From contig JBNJGN010000001.1 of NCBI GenBank assembly GCA_051747785.1, positions 1 to 36,760 of the forward strand: a DNA stretch of 36,760 nucleotides, in the 5' to 3' direction. Numbering within the stretch: position 1 is the first letter of the stretch; each line of letters opens with the position of its first letter. The notes under the pieces were generated by a model, which searched no databases, was not told the origin of the DNA, and worked only from the letters and a program-made list of their open reading frames with translations. Both the position numbers and the translations under genes were made by a program. This stretch comes from Patescibacteria group bacterium. GTDB taxonomy: Bacteria; Patescibacteriota; Minisyncoccia; Phycocordibacterales; CSBR16-193. This document shows positions 25,611 through 35,265 of this stretch, one piece after another.

Positions 25611-25696
25611 TTTTATTACCTCCTTTTAAAGTGCTCTTCTTTAAGGATATACTTTATTTGAAGTCAAATCAAGCCTTTTAGGCTTTTTAGACCAAA

Positions 25697-25724
25697 CAAA
25701 AAGACCTCCTTGGGAGGTCTTTTT
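25697..25724 (-). terminator. Rho-independent terminator of groEL
   Basis: AAAAAGACCTCC-TTG-GGAGGTCTTTTT. On the minus strand it is followed by TTTTTGTTTGG. 29 nt downstream of the groEL stop. Confidence 0.75.
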
Positions 25725-25752
25725 GTATATCTTTAGGTTAAATGCAGTTCCA

Positions 25753-27435
<1,683 letters not shown>

Positions 27436-27458
27436 TTACAATTCTAGATCCTTCCAAA

Positions 27459-27782
27459 CTATTTGATAATAGCAAGTACATTATCTTCTCTTAAGATGTA
27501 ATACTCTTCCCCTTCTATCGTTACTTCATCGTATCCGAACTTAGAAAATATAACCTTGTCTCCTTTACTTACATTCATAGGTATTTTTTCACCATCTTCG
27601 TATTTACCTTCTCCGACGGCCACAACCTCTCCTTGTTCAGGTTTATCCTTCTCAACGGTCTCAGGAAGAATTATTCCCGAATCGGTTTTGGTTTCAAGCT
27701 CACTCTCCTCAAAAGGGCGTACCAGTACACGATCACCAAGAGGTGTAATTAAATTCTCTACATCTTTTTTACTCTTGCTCAT
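27459..27782 (-). CDS. groES: Co-chaperonin GroES (10 kDa)
   Basis: PLGDRVLVRP ... GIILPETVEKDKPEQGEVVAVGEG ... GDKVIFSKFGYDEV. Directly upstream of groEL. Confidence 0.95.
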   Translation of the reverse strand: MSKSKKDVENLITPLGDRVLVRPFEESELETKTDSGIILPETVEKDKPEQGEVVAVGEGKYEDGEKIPMNVSKGDKVIFSKFGYDEVTIEGEEYYILREDNVLAIIK

Positions 27783-27896
27783 ATAGTATTTAGATTAACT
27801 TATAATAAAATGATAACTTAACAGAACGTTTTCGTCCGTCAGTTCTTTTTAACAGTTCACACCGGGAAAAGTGTCTGAAGTGATCAAAGCAGAGGT

Positions 27897-27925
27897 ATTA
27901 TAACCGCGCCCGAATATTCAGTCAA
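27897..27925 (-). promoter_or_regulatory. Near-consensus promoter of groESL: TTGACT-17nt-TATAAT
   Basis: Minus strand TTGACT (27925-27920), spacer GAATATTCGGGCGCGGT, TATAAT (27902-27897). This leaves a leader of about 110 nt before the groES ATG. Confidence 0.6.
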
Positions 27926-27958
27926 CAAAAAATCCAAAACGCGTTGATCCGTAAAGAC

Positions 27959-29122
27959 TCAGACAAAAACCGATACAAGACCAGCGATAAAAACCACTAC
28001 CAAAAAAACACTCGCAGTTCCAGCTATTTTCGGCGAAAGAGTGAAATAGGGTTTCAATTCACCTTGTTTTCTAGCAACCCAAAAAAGCCAAACAGCTAAA
28101 AGCCCGTTAACCCCAACCATCAGAGACCCTACAAAACTTATAATAGAAATAAAATCTCGGAAATTAAGAGCAAAAAGAAATAACGGCACCGCTATCACCA
28201 GTGCCGAAGAGATAGGGCGCGATAGTTTATAGTCACGATGAAAAATGTCCTGCTGAGAAAGCGCAATAGTAAGAAAACTGGTAGCTACCGTGAAGAAGGC
28301 AAATACATTCCCAATTATCACCATATGCGGACCAATGGTCTCTCCTAGACTTACGGTGGCCACCTGGCTGGTTTCAGGTCCCGTAATGCCAACAACCAAA
28401 AGAGCGAAAATTAAATATATAATGGGAGGAATTATACCTCCCCAAATCAAAACAGACTTGTAAATATCCTCTCTTCCGGCACGTTTTACCACTCTCCAAG
28501 AAGCAGGTACAGATACTAGCCCTGCGCAAGCGAACATGATCACTCCGAAGGGTAAAAATACCTCAGAAACATCAAACTCACTTAAAAAAGACACCTTAAC
28601 CCCCGGAGCGGAGTAAGCGGTGATTACTACCATAATGAAAAACACAGCCACTATCATTATCAGCTCTGAACGTTTCACTACATCGATTCCGAACACCACC
28701 AAAAAAGAGAACAGAAGATAGAACACCAGAGACCATACCAAAGGAGGACCACCCAAAAGAGCCGATAATATATCCCCCTGGCTTACCATATATGCTAGAA
28801 GAGTTCCGAATATACTGCTTACAAGAACCACTCCCTGCAAATGCTGGAAAAAGGGACCTAAATACCTCCTAGTGTAACCAGTAAGCTGATGGATCTCTTT
28901 GGTTCGCATCAGAACCTCTCCGAGCATTAACCTTACAAAGAGCAAAGCGATCCCAACTAAAACCAATACCAAAGTAGCCGTTAAAAATCCGCTTTGCGCA
29001 AAAACGTAAGGAACTCCTATTATGCCGGCACCTATTATCGTTCCCACAATAATGGCCACCCCTTCAAAAAAAGGCATTCTGTTTTTCATTTGGATGAAGT
29101 TTAACATAAGTAGCAAAAACAC
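27959..29122 (-). CDS. Amino acid permease (Aa_trans / Trp-Tyr permease-like, ~11 TM)
   Basis: FFEGVAIIVGTIIGAGIIGVPYVFAQSGF N-terminal signature and polytopic topology. The true start is probably an internal Met (29089 or 29077). Confidence 0.65.
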   Translation of the reverse strand: MFLLLMLNFIQMKNRMPFFEGVAIIVGTIIGAGIIGVPYVFAQSGFLTATLVLVLVGIALLFVRLMLGEVLMRTKEIHQLTGYTRRYLGPFFQHLQGVVLVSSIFGTLLAYMVSQGDILSALLGGPPLVWSLVFYLLFSFLVVFGIDVVKRSELIMIVAVFFIMVVITAYSAPGVKVSFLSEFDVSEVFLPFGVIMFACAGLVSVPASWRVVKRAGREDIYKSVLIWGGIIPPIIYLIFALLVVGITGPETSQVATVSLGETIGPHMVIIGNVFAFFTVATSFLTIALSQQDIFHRDYKLSRPISSALVIAVPLFLFALNFRDFISIISFVGSLMVGVNGLLAVWLFWVARKQGELKPYFTLSPKIAGTASVFLVVVFIAGLVSVFV

Positions 29123-29155
29123 GTTTCAAGGAAATACACAAAATCACTGCAAATG

Positions 29156-29183
29156 TTGCCTAATATTAAAAATATGTTATATT
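29156..29183 (+). promoter_or_regulatory. Putative secG promoter TTGCCT-16nt-(TGT)TATATT; the start codon lies at about the transcription start
   Basis: Read directly. The ATG at 29192 begins 9 nt after the -10 hexamer and no SD is present, suggesting a leaderless or near-leaderless mRNA. Confidence 0.4.
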
Positions 29184-29191
29184 AGCGCTAC

Positions 29192-29425
29192 ATGGATTTC
29201 TTGGAAACTTTTTTACCATACATTCAGATAACGCTTTCTGTGCTTTTAATAGCAGCAATACTTATGCAAAGATCAGACGCAGGTCTTGGTGGGGCTTTTG
29301 GTGGAGGTGATGCTTCCAGTGCCAATTTCTATACAAAAAGAGGCGCTGAGAAAATTCTTTTTAATGCCACCATCGTGATCGCCATACTATTCGCTTTATC
29401 ATCTTTCGCCAACCTTTTGGTATAA
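29192..29425 (+). CDS. secG: Preprotein translocase subunit SecG
   Basis: 77 aa, two TM segments. LSVLLIAAILMQRSDAGLGGAFGGG is the SecG signature loop. Confidence 0.8.
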   Translation: MDFLETFLPYIQITLSVLLIAAILMQRSDAGLGGAFGGGDASSANFYTKRGAEKILFNATIVIAILFALSSFANLLV

Positions 29426-29571
29426 ACTGAGAACCTATTTAGATCATTTGAGTTTCAATATTACTTCTTAATTCCAAACTAAGTCTTTTCTTGGCTTGAT
29501 TTAACTTAATTATATTATTTGAATTTTTATCTCTATAAACGGTAAAACTAATAAATATTTCATTCTCCAGT

Positions 29572-31371
29572 ATGGAAAAAACATCAGCCGGTGAAGGCAC
29601 ACCAGATAATAAAAACGGGTACCGGGGAAAAGTCGGTGCAAATATCACGAATAAATTCCGCGTTTACTCAAAAACAAATAAAAGTGACTCGAGTAAGAAA
29701 AGTATACCTGCAAGCATGTCATTGACCGAAAAATTCATTTTTGTCACTCTTCTTTTGGTAATGGCAACCGGAGCTCTGTCGCTCCTTTGGCAAGTACAGT
29801 CCTCTCTTCTTGTTACCATACCTGCTTATGATGGAACCCTAAAAGAAGGCTTAATCGGAACACCTGGTCCTATTAACCCCCTTCTGGCTTCATCCGCACC
29901 GGATAGAACTCTATCCGACTTCATTTATTCCGGACTAATGAAAGCAACCCCTGATGGTAAACTGGTTCATGAGCTAAGCTCCGAACATAGAGTATCAGAA
30001 GACAACACAGAATATGTATTCAGATTGCGAGATGATGCCGTTTTTCATGACGGTGTCAAGGTAACCGCCGAAGATGTAGTCTTTACCATAGAAAAAGTCA
30101 AAGACCCGGCTGTAAGAAGTACACTGGCAGCAGATTGGACAGGAATAGAGGCAAAAGCAATCGATGAAAATTTAGTCAAATTTAAGCTTTCCGAGCCACA
30201 CCCTCACTTTCTTGAACTTACAACTTTAGGAATCTTGCCAAAGCACATCTGGGATACCATTGACAGTAATCGTTTCGCCTTCAGCTCCGTAAACACAGAA
30301 CCCATTGGAGCAGGACCCTATAAGGTCTCTTCCGTGTCAGTACAAGATGACGGCAACCCCAAAGAATACAGATTGGAGGCCTTTGAAGAATACGTCAGAG
30401 GTAAACCTTATATAAGCAATTTTGTATTTACCTTCTACCCCCAAGAACGAGAAGCTTGGATGGCCCTACAACGCAAAGAAATTGATGCTCTGGCCGGATT
30501 TTCTCCTCAAAGACTGGATTCCATGATAAGAGATGATGTAGACATTAAAACCACACCTTTACCCAGAGTTTTTTCCATATTCATAAATCAAAATAACAAT
30601 GAAAGTTTAGCTGATACAGACGTCAGAAAAGCACTATCATTAGCCATAGACAGAGAAAAAATATTAGAGGAAGTACTAAATGGCAAAGGAGAAATAGCAA
30701 AAGGTCCCGCTCCCATAAGCGTTGCTGAAAATAAAAAAGATGACGAAAAGCAAGGAAAAGTGGACACCGAAAAAGCTAAAGAAATGCTGGAAGAAGCGGG
30801 GTGGGAATTCGATGAGGAGCTTGGCGGATTTACAAAAGACGGTGAAACGCTTCTTTCTGTAAAATTATCAACCGTAAGAGATAGCGACTTGCAAAAAGCA
30901 GCCGAAATAGTAAAAAATAACTGGGAAAGAATCGGGGTTAAAACCTCTCTAGCCCTTTACGGCAACAGTGAACTTAACCAAAACGTACTGCGCCCTAGAG
31001 AGTTTGAAGCTCTTCTTTTTGGATATATCCTGGAAAGAGACATGGACCTTTTCCCATTCTGGCATTCATCAGAAAGAAATGACCCCGGAATGAATCTCTC
31101 TCTTTACACTAACATAACCGTTGATGAACTCCTTGAGAAATACAGAGACACGAATGACCCTGAAAAGAGATCAGAAATAAGAGAAGAAATAACTAATAAC
31201 ATAAAATCTGATATGCCAGCTATATTTCTTTATACCCCTCATTTTCTTTACGCTCTACCTAAAGATCTTCAAAACACCAATTTTGGACACCTCATCACCC
31301 CGGAAGAGCGATTCCTTAATGTTCATGAATGGTTCATGATCACAGACAAGGTGTGGTCCTTCCTTCTCTAA
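29572..31371 (+). CDS. Family-5 solute-binding protein (OppA/DppA-like), membrane-anchored, with no ABC partners nearby
   Basis: TM anchor FIFVTLLLVMATGALSLLW. Then GTLKEGLIGTPGPINPLL ... DGKLVHELSSEHRVSEDNTEYVFRLRDDAVFHDGVKVTAEDVVFTIEKVKDP, typical of SBP_bac_5. An alternative start is the Met at 29716. Confidence 0.75.
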   Translation: MEKTSAGEGTPDNKNGYRGKVGANITNKFRVYSKTNKSDSSKKSIPASMSLTEKFIFVTLLLVMATGALSLLWQVQSSLLVTIPAYDGTLKEGLIGTPGPINPLLASSAPDRTLSDFIYSGLMKATPDGKLVHELSSEHRVSEDNTEYVFRLRDDAVFHDGVKVTAEDVVFTIEKVKDPAVRSTLAADWTGIEAKAIDENLVKFKLSEPHPHFLELTTLGILPKHIWDTIDSNRFAFSSVNTEPIGAGPYKVSSVSVQDDGNPKEYRLEAFEEYVRGKPYISNFVFTFYPQEREAWMALQRKEIDALAGFSPQRLDSMIRDDVDIKTTPLPRVFSIFINQNNNESLADTDVRKALSLAIDREKILEEVLNGKGEIAKGPAPISVAENKKDDEKQGKVDTEKAKEMLEEAGWEFDEELGGFTKDGETLLSVKLSTVRDSDLQKAAEIVKNNWERIGVKTSLALYGNSELNQNVLRPREFEALLFGYILERDMDLFPFWHSSERNDPGMNLSLYTNITVDELLEKYRDTNDPEKRSEIREEITNNIKSDMPAIFLYTPHFLYALPKDLQNTNFGHLITPEERFLNVHEWFMITDKVWSFLL

Positions 31372-31416
31372 TTAGATTAGATTATCAACAGTAAATTAAA
31401 AAAGAAAATTAATATC

Positions 31417-33318
31417 ATGTCACAAGTACCGCAAAGAAAACGTTCCTATTCACCTCTTAAGGCCTCCTTTGGACAGAACGGTGTAAAAAAGAAAAAAACC
31501 CAAAATAACCAAAAGACACAAGGAAAAAAGAACTTTCACCGCTCCGGTAAGAGCAATAAAAAGAAAAACGAAGGGCAAAACAAAAAACAGCCTCGAAAAC
31601 AGAATAACGAAGTAATGGTAAGCAAAAATTTACCAGAACTAGGGGACTCAGTAAGGATCATACCACTGGGTGGAGTTGAAGAAATTGGACGAAACATGAT
31701 AGCTATTGAGTACGGTAACGATATAGTTATCCTTGATATAGGTTTCAAATTCCGCGATGAAGACTGCCCAGGTATTGATTTTTTACTTCCCAACACAAAA
31801 TATTTGGAAGAGAAAAAAGAGAAGATCCGAGGAATATTTATCACACATGGACACTTAGACCACATAGGCGCTATTCCTTACCTTATAGAAAAACTTGGTA
31901 ACCCTCCTATCTATTCCAGATCTCTTACCACCATAATGATACAGAAAAGGCAAGAGGAGTTTCCCGATGTACCGAAACTTAATATACATAACGTGGAAAA
32001 CGAAGATATCGTTCGCGCGGGAGATATAAGAGTTCGTTTTTTCGGGGTTACTCATACCATACCAGATTCAATGGGAATTATAGTTGAAACCCCTTACGGA
32101 GATATAGTTGACACGGGAGATCTTAAACTTAATCACGTTGACGGAGTTCCAGCGGAAGAAGAAGAAAAAGCTTATAGTATATTTAAAGATAGAAAAGTCC
32201 TTGCACTAATGGCAGATTCCACCAACATAGAAAACCCAGGATTTTCAACTCCTGAATGGCTGGTACATCAGAGCTTGGAAGAGATAATCAAAAGCACCAA
32301 AGGTCGCCTTATAATAGGCACATTCGCCTCTCAGATCGAAAGAATTGTAAAGATAATAGAAATATCCGAGCGATACGGCAAGAAAGTGGTTGTAGAAGGT
32401 AGAAGTATGAAAAATAATATAGACATAATCAGAAAAACCGGTGTACTGAAAGCCAAGAAAGACACGATCATCACTGCGGAGAATATGCACAGCTATCCTC
32501 CCGACAGGATAGTAGCGCTGGCCACCGGAGCACAGGGAGATGACTTTGCAGCACTGATGAGGATGTCCAATAAAACCCATAAGCATTTCTCAATAAACAA
32601 AAAAGATACTATACTTCTATCCTCTTCAGTTATTCCGGGGAACGAAAGTGCAGTAATGAAACTTAAAGATAATCTTTCTCGCCAAGGAGCAAAAATAATT
32701 CATTACAAGTCCGCAGATGACTTTCATGTGCACTCAACGGGACACGGATACAGAGGAGAGAGCGAATGGATACATAAAAAGATAAACCCCAAATTCTTTA
32801 TTCCGGTTCACGGTCACCATCATATGCTACGTGTTCACAAGGAAGTAGCGTTGGAAATGGGAGTACCGGAAGAAAATATAATAGTGCCTGATAACGGAAT
32901 GGTGATAGAGATAAGAGATAAAGGACAAAAAATTGTATCCTTAGAAGAAAACGTGGCCGAGGGAGATATTGCCGTAGACGGACTTTCCGTAGGAAATATG
33001 CAAGATGTAGTAATCAGAGACAGAAAGATGTTATCGGAAGAAGGTATTTTTATTGTGATCGCAAGTATTAATCCCAAAACCGGTAATTTAAAGAAATCCC
33101 CTGATATCATATCAAGAGGGTTCGTATATCTTCGTGAATCACATGACCTCCTTCAACAGACAAGACTCATTATTAAGAAAACCGTTGAGGAGAGTACAAA
33201 GGGAATGAACCCGATAGACTTTGAATTCATAAAAGAGCAAGTGGCAGATAACGTAAGTCGCTTCCTTCTACAGAAAACAGCCAAAAGACCTATTGTTATC
33301 CCCGTAATACTGGGATAA
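31417..33318 (+). CDS. rnj: Ribonuclease J with a Lys/Asn/Gln-rich N-terminal extension
   Basis: Metallo-beta-lactamase/beta-CASP: FITHGHLDHIGA (HxHxDH), DTGDLK, HSTGHG, IPVHGHHH. It is preceded by about 70 basic residues (KKKKTQNNQKTQGKKNFHRSGKSNKKKNEGQNKKQPRKQNN). Confidence 0.9.
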   Translation: MSQVPQRKRSYSPLKASFGQNGVKKKKTQNNQKTQGKKNFHRSGKSNKKKNEGQNKKQPRKQNNEVMVSKNLPELGDSVRIIPLGGVEEIGRNMIAIEYGNDIVILDIGFKFRDEDCPGIDFLLPNTKYLEEKKEKIRGIFITHGHLDHIGAIPYLIEKLGNPPIYSRSLTTIMIQKRQEEFPDVPKLNIHNVENEDIVRAGDIRVRFFGVTHTIPDSMGIIVETPYGDIVDTGDLKLNHVDGVPAEEEEKAYSIFKDRKVLALMADSTNIENPGFSTPEWLVHQSLEEIIKSTKGRLIIGTFASQIERIVKIIEISERYGKKVVVEGRSMKNNIDIIRKTGVLKAKKDTIITAENMHSYPPDRIVALATGAQGDDFAALMRMSNKTHKHFSINKKDTILLSSSVIPGNESAVMKLKDNLSRQGAKIIHYKSADDFHVHSTGHGYRGESEWIHKKINPKFFIPVHGHHHMLRVHKEVALEMGVPEENIIVPDNGMVIEIRDKGQKIVSLEENVAEGDIAVDGLSVGNMQDVVIRDRKMLSEEGIFIVIASINPKTGNLKKSPDIISRGFVYLRESHDLLQQTRLIIKKTVEESTKGMNPIDFEFIKEQVADNVSRFLLQKTAKRPIVIPVILG

Positions 33319-33319
33319 T

Positions 33320-33348
33320 AAAAACCCGCCTTTATGGCGGGTTTTTTT
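33320..33348. terminator. Bidirectional rho-independent terminator (rnj on +, YtxH-like gene on -)
   Basis: AAAAACCCGCC-TTTAT-GGCGGGTTTTTTT. A-run and T-run flanks make it functional in both directions. Confidence 0.8.
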
Positions 33349-33365
33349 ATTAACTTTAACTTTTC

Positions 33366-33815
33366 TTATTTCTTAGAGGCAGTTTTCTTTTTGGCAGTAG
33401 TTTTCTTAGCAGGAGCTTTCTTTTTGGCAGTAGTTTTCTTCTTGGAAGATGTTTTTTTAGCCGGCGCCTCAAGATCTTTTCTCACATGTTTCCAATAGCG
33501 CTTCATTTCATCCACCATATCAGCCACCTCTTGAGGATCTATGGACTTAACTTTCTTATACTGTTCACCGACCTCATCTATAACCTTATTATATATCTCT
33601 TCATTCACTTCTTTGAGATTCTCAAGCTTTTTCATAACATCCCCTTTCATTCTTACAGCCCAGCTCTTAATCTTCTTGCGCCTCTTAGCCCCCTCCTTAG
33701 TACCGTAAAGAAAGTAGGCACCCGCCGCACCTGCTGCTAGTGCTCCTATGCTTGCACCCCAAGTAAGATAACTCTTTGTGCTCTTTTTTTTATTATCACT
33801 TGCTTTTTTGGTCAT
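33366..33815 (-). CDS. YtxH-domain-like membrane-associated protein with a Lys/Ala/Thr-rich (histone H1-like) C-terminal tail
   Basis: GASIGALAAGAAGAYFLYGTKEGAKRRKKI resembles the YtxH Gly/Ala-zipper helix. The tail is APAKKTSSKKKTTAKKKAPAKKTTAKKKTASKK. An exact 21-nt DNA repeat (33387-33407 and 33420-33440) underlies the tail. Confidence 0.5.
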   Translation of the reverse strand: MTKKASDNKKKSTKSYLTWGASIGALAAGAAGAYFLYGTKEGAKRRKKIKSWAVRMKGDVMKKLENLKEVNEEIYNKVIDEVGEQYKKVKSIDPQEVADMVDEMKRYWKHVRKDLEAPAKKTSSKKKTTAKKKAPAKKTTAKKKTASKK

Positions 33816-34209
33816 TTTTATTTTTATTAAAAACCTTTAATATACTTTTAATTGTAAGAAAACTTAAAAGAAAAGTAAATAGACCCCAGAAACGCTTGGC
33901 TTCTTTTTTAACCTCCTTATGAGCTTCGGAAAAAGCATTGATCGCTTCTTCGCCTTCCGACTTGGCACGACCTGATAGATCATCGGTATCTTTTTTAAGT
34001 TTTAAAGCCTCCTCTTTAACCGCCTGTCTCAGAGTTGATATGTCTTCAACAGTCTGATCGGTTTGCTGTCTAGCTTTCTTTGAAATATAAAAAATATTCT
34101 TTAATATAAAAACCATATAAATAGAAGCCACTATGGCCAGCAGAGAAATTATCGCCACCGCAACTGTGGTAACAAAGAAAAATATATCAGCTTTCATGAT
34201 CGTATCCAT
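33796..34209 (-). CDS. DUF948-like protein (N-terminal TM + coiled coil, C-terminal TM)
   Basis: IFFFVTTVAVAIISLLAIVASIYMVFILKNIFYISKKARQQTDQTVEDISTLRQ matches the DUF948 architecture. Its 3' end overlaps the next gene by 20 nt. Confidence 0.45.
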   Translation of the reverse strand: MDTIMKADIFFFVTTVAVAIISLLAIVASIYMVFILKNIFYISKKARQQTDQTVEDISTLRQAVKEEALKLKKDTDDLSGRAKSEGEEAINAFSEAHKEVKKEAKRFWGLFTFLLSFLTIKSILKVFNKNKNDQKSK

Positions 34210-34295
34210 ATAAGATATGTTACCATTAATACATGAATTTGCGAAAAAGTTTTACACTCATACCGAAACCTTCCAAATTGTAATATAATGAAATT

Positions 34296-35264
34296 ATGAC
34301 ATTTACGGGAATCGCCATAACCCTAACCTCTCTTGCAGCTATTATTTTCATCGGAAGATGGGTAATATATTCACTGGTGGTGATCGCCAGGTATTTCGGA
34401 TTCAAAGAGTTCGTTGTCGCTTTCTTTACAGTTTCCATAGGTGCAGTTATACCGGAATTCTTTGTCGGAGTAACATCGGCATTGCAAGGGATACCGGAAG
34501 TCTCCCTTGGAACAGTAGTTGGAGAAAATCTATTTCTTATAACCGTAACCATAGCCCTGGCAACTTTTTTTAGCGCACAGGGATTAGTAGTTGATAGTAA
34601 AACTGTACGTGGCGGGATAGTATTCACAGTTTTTGTAGCCGTCTTACCTTTACTCTTAATACTAAACGGTGAGCTTTCCAGAATGGACGGATTCGTTCTA
34701 CTGATGTGTTTTGCTTTTTTCATCTTTTGGCTATTCTCCAAAAAAGAAAGATTCATAAAGATATACGAAGAGGACACACCGGAAATAGAGAACCTTACAA
34801 AGAGATCGGCTATAAGAGCTATGTTTATAGCGGTTATCGGAGTACTAGCAGTAGTAATAAGCGTTGACCTTTTATTAAAAGAGATACTCACCCTCTCTTC
34901 AGAACTAGGCTTGCCACTGGCTGCCTTGGGTCTTTTTGTAATAGCCATTGGAACAGCTCTGCCGGAGACCTATTTTGCCGTTGATTTAGCACGAAGAGGA
35001 AGTTCCTGGATGGTTCTGGGAGGAGTTATGGGAGGTATAGCTATGGCCTCCACTCTTGTATTGGGTACAGTTGCTTTAATAGAACCGATAACCTTAACTG
35101 GTCTTGATATTTCCTCGCTTATTTTAGCCAGAATATTCTTAACAATAAGTTCTATTTTGTTGCTTGTTTTTGTTACAACGGGACATGTTATAACAAAATT
35201 TGAGGGTATTGCACTCTTGGCTGTTTATATATCTTTCTTGCTTGCTGAAATTATGGTGTTTTAA
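34296..35264 (+). CDS. Ca2+/cation antiporter (CaCA, YrbG-like Na+/Ca2+ exchanger family)
   Basis: 10-TM protein with two alpha-repeat motifs, IGAVIPEFFVGV and IGTALPETYFAV. TATAAT at 34284-34289 puts the ATG at about the transcription start. Confidence 0.8.
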   Translation: MTFTGIAITLTSLAAIIFIGRWVIYSLVVIARYFGFKEFVVAFFTVSIGAVIPEFFVGVTSALQGIPEVSLGTVVGENLFLITVTIALATFFSAQGLVVDSKTVRGGIVFTVFVAVLPLLLILNGELSRMDGFVLLMCFAFFIFWLFSKKERFIKIYEEDTPEIENLTKRSAIRAMFIAVIGVLAVVISVDLLLKEILTLSSELGLPLAALGLFVIAIGTALPETYFAVDLARRGSSWMVLGGVMGGIAMASTLVLGTVALIEPITLTGLDISSLILARIFLTISSILLLVFVTTGHVITKFEGIALLAVYISFLLAEIMVF

Positions 35265-35265
35265 C

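Noticed and set aside
34226-34948. 240-aa minus-strand ORF
   Set aside because: It is antisense to the CaCA antiporter gene, which has two clear alpha-repeat motifs. The minus-frame product has no features.
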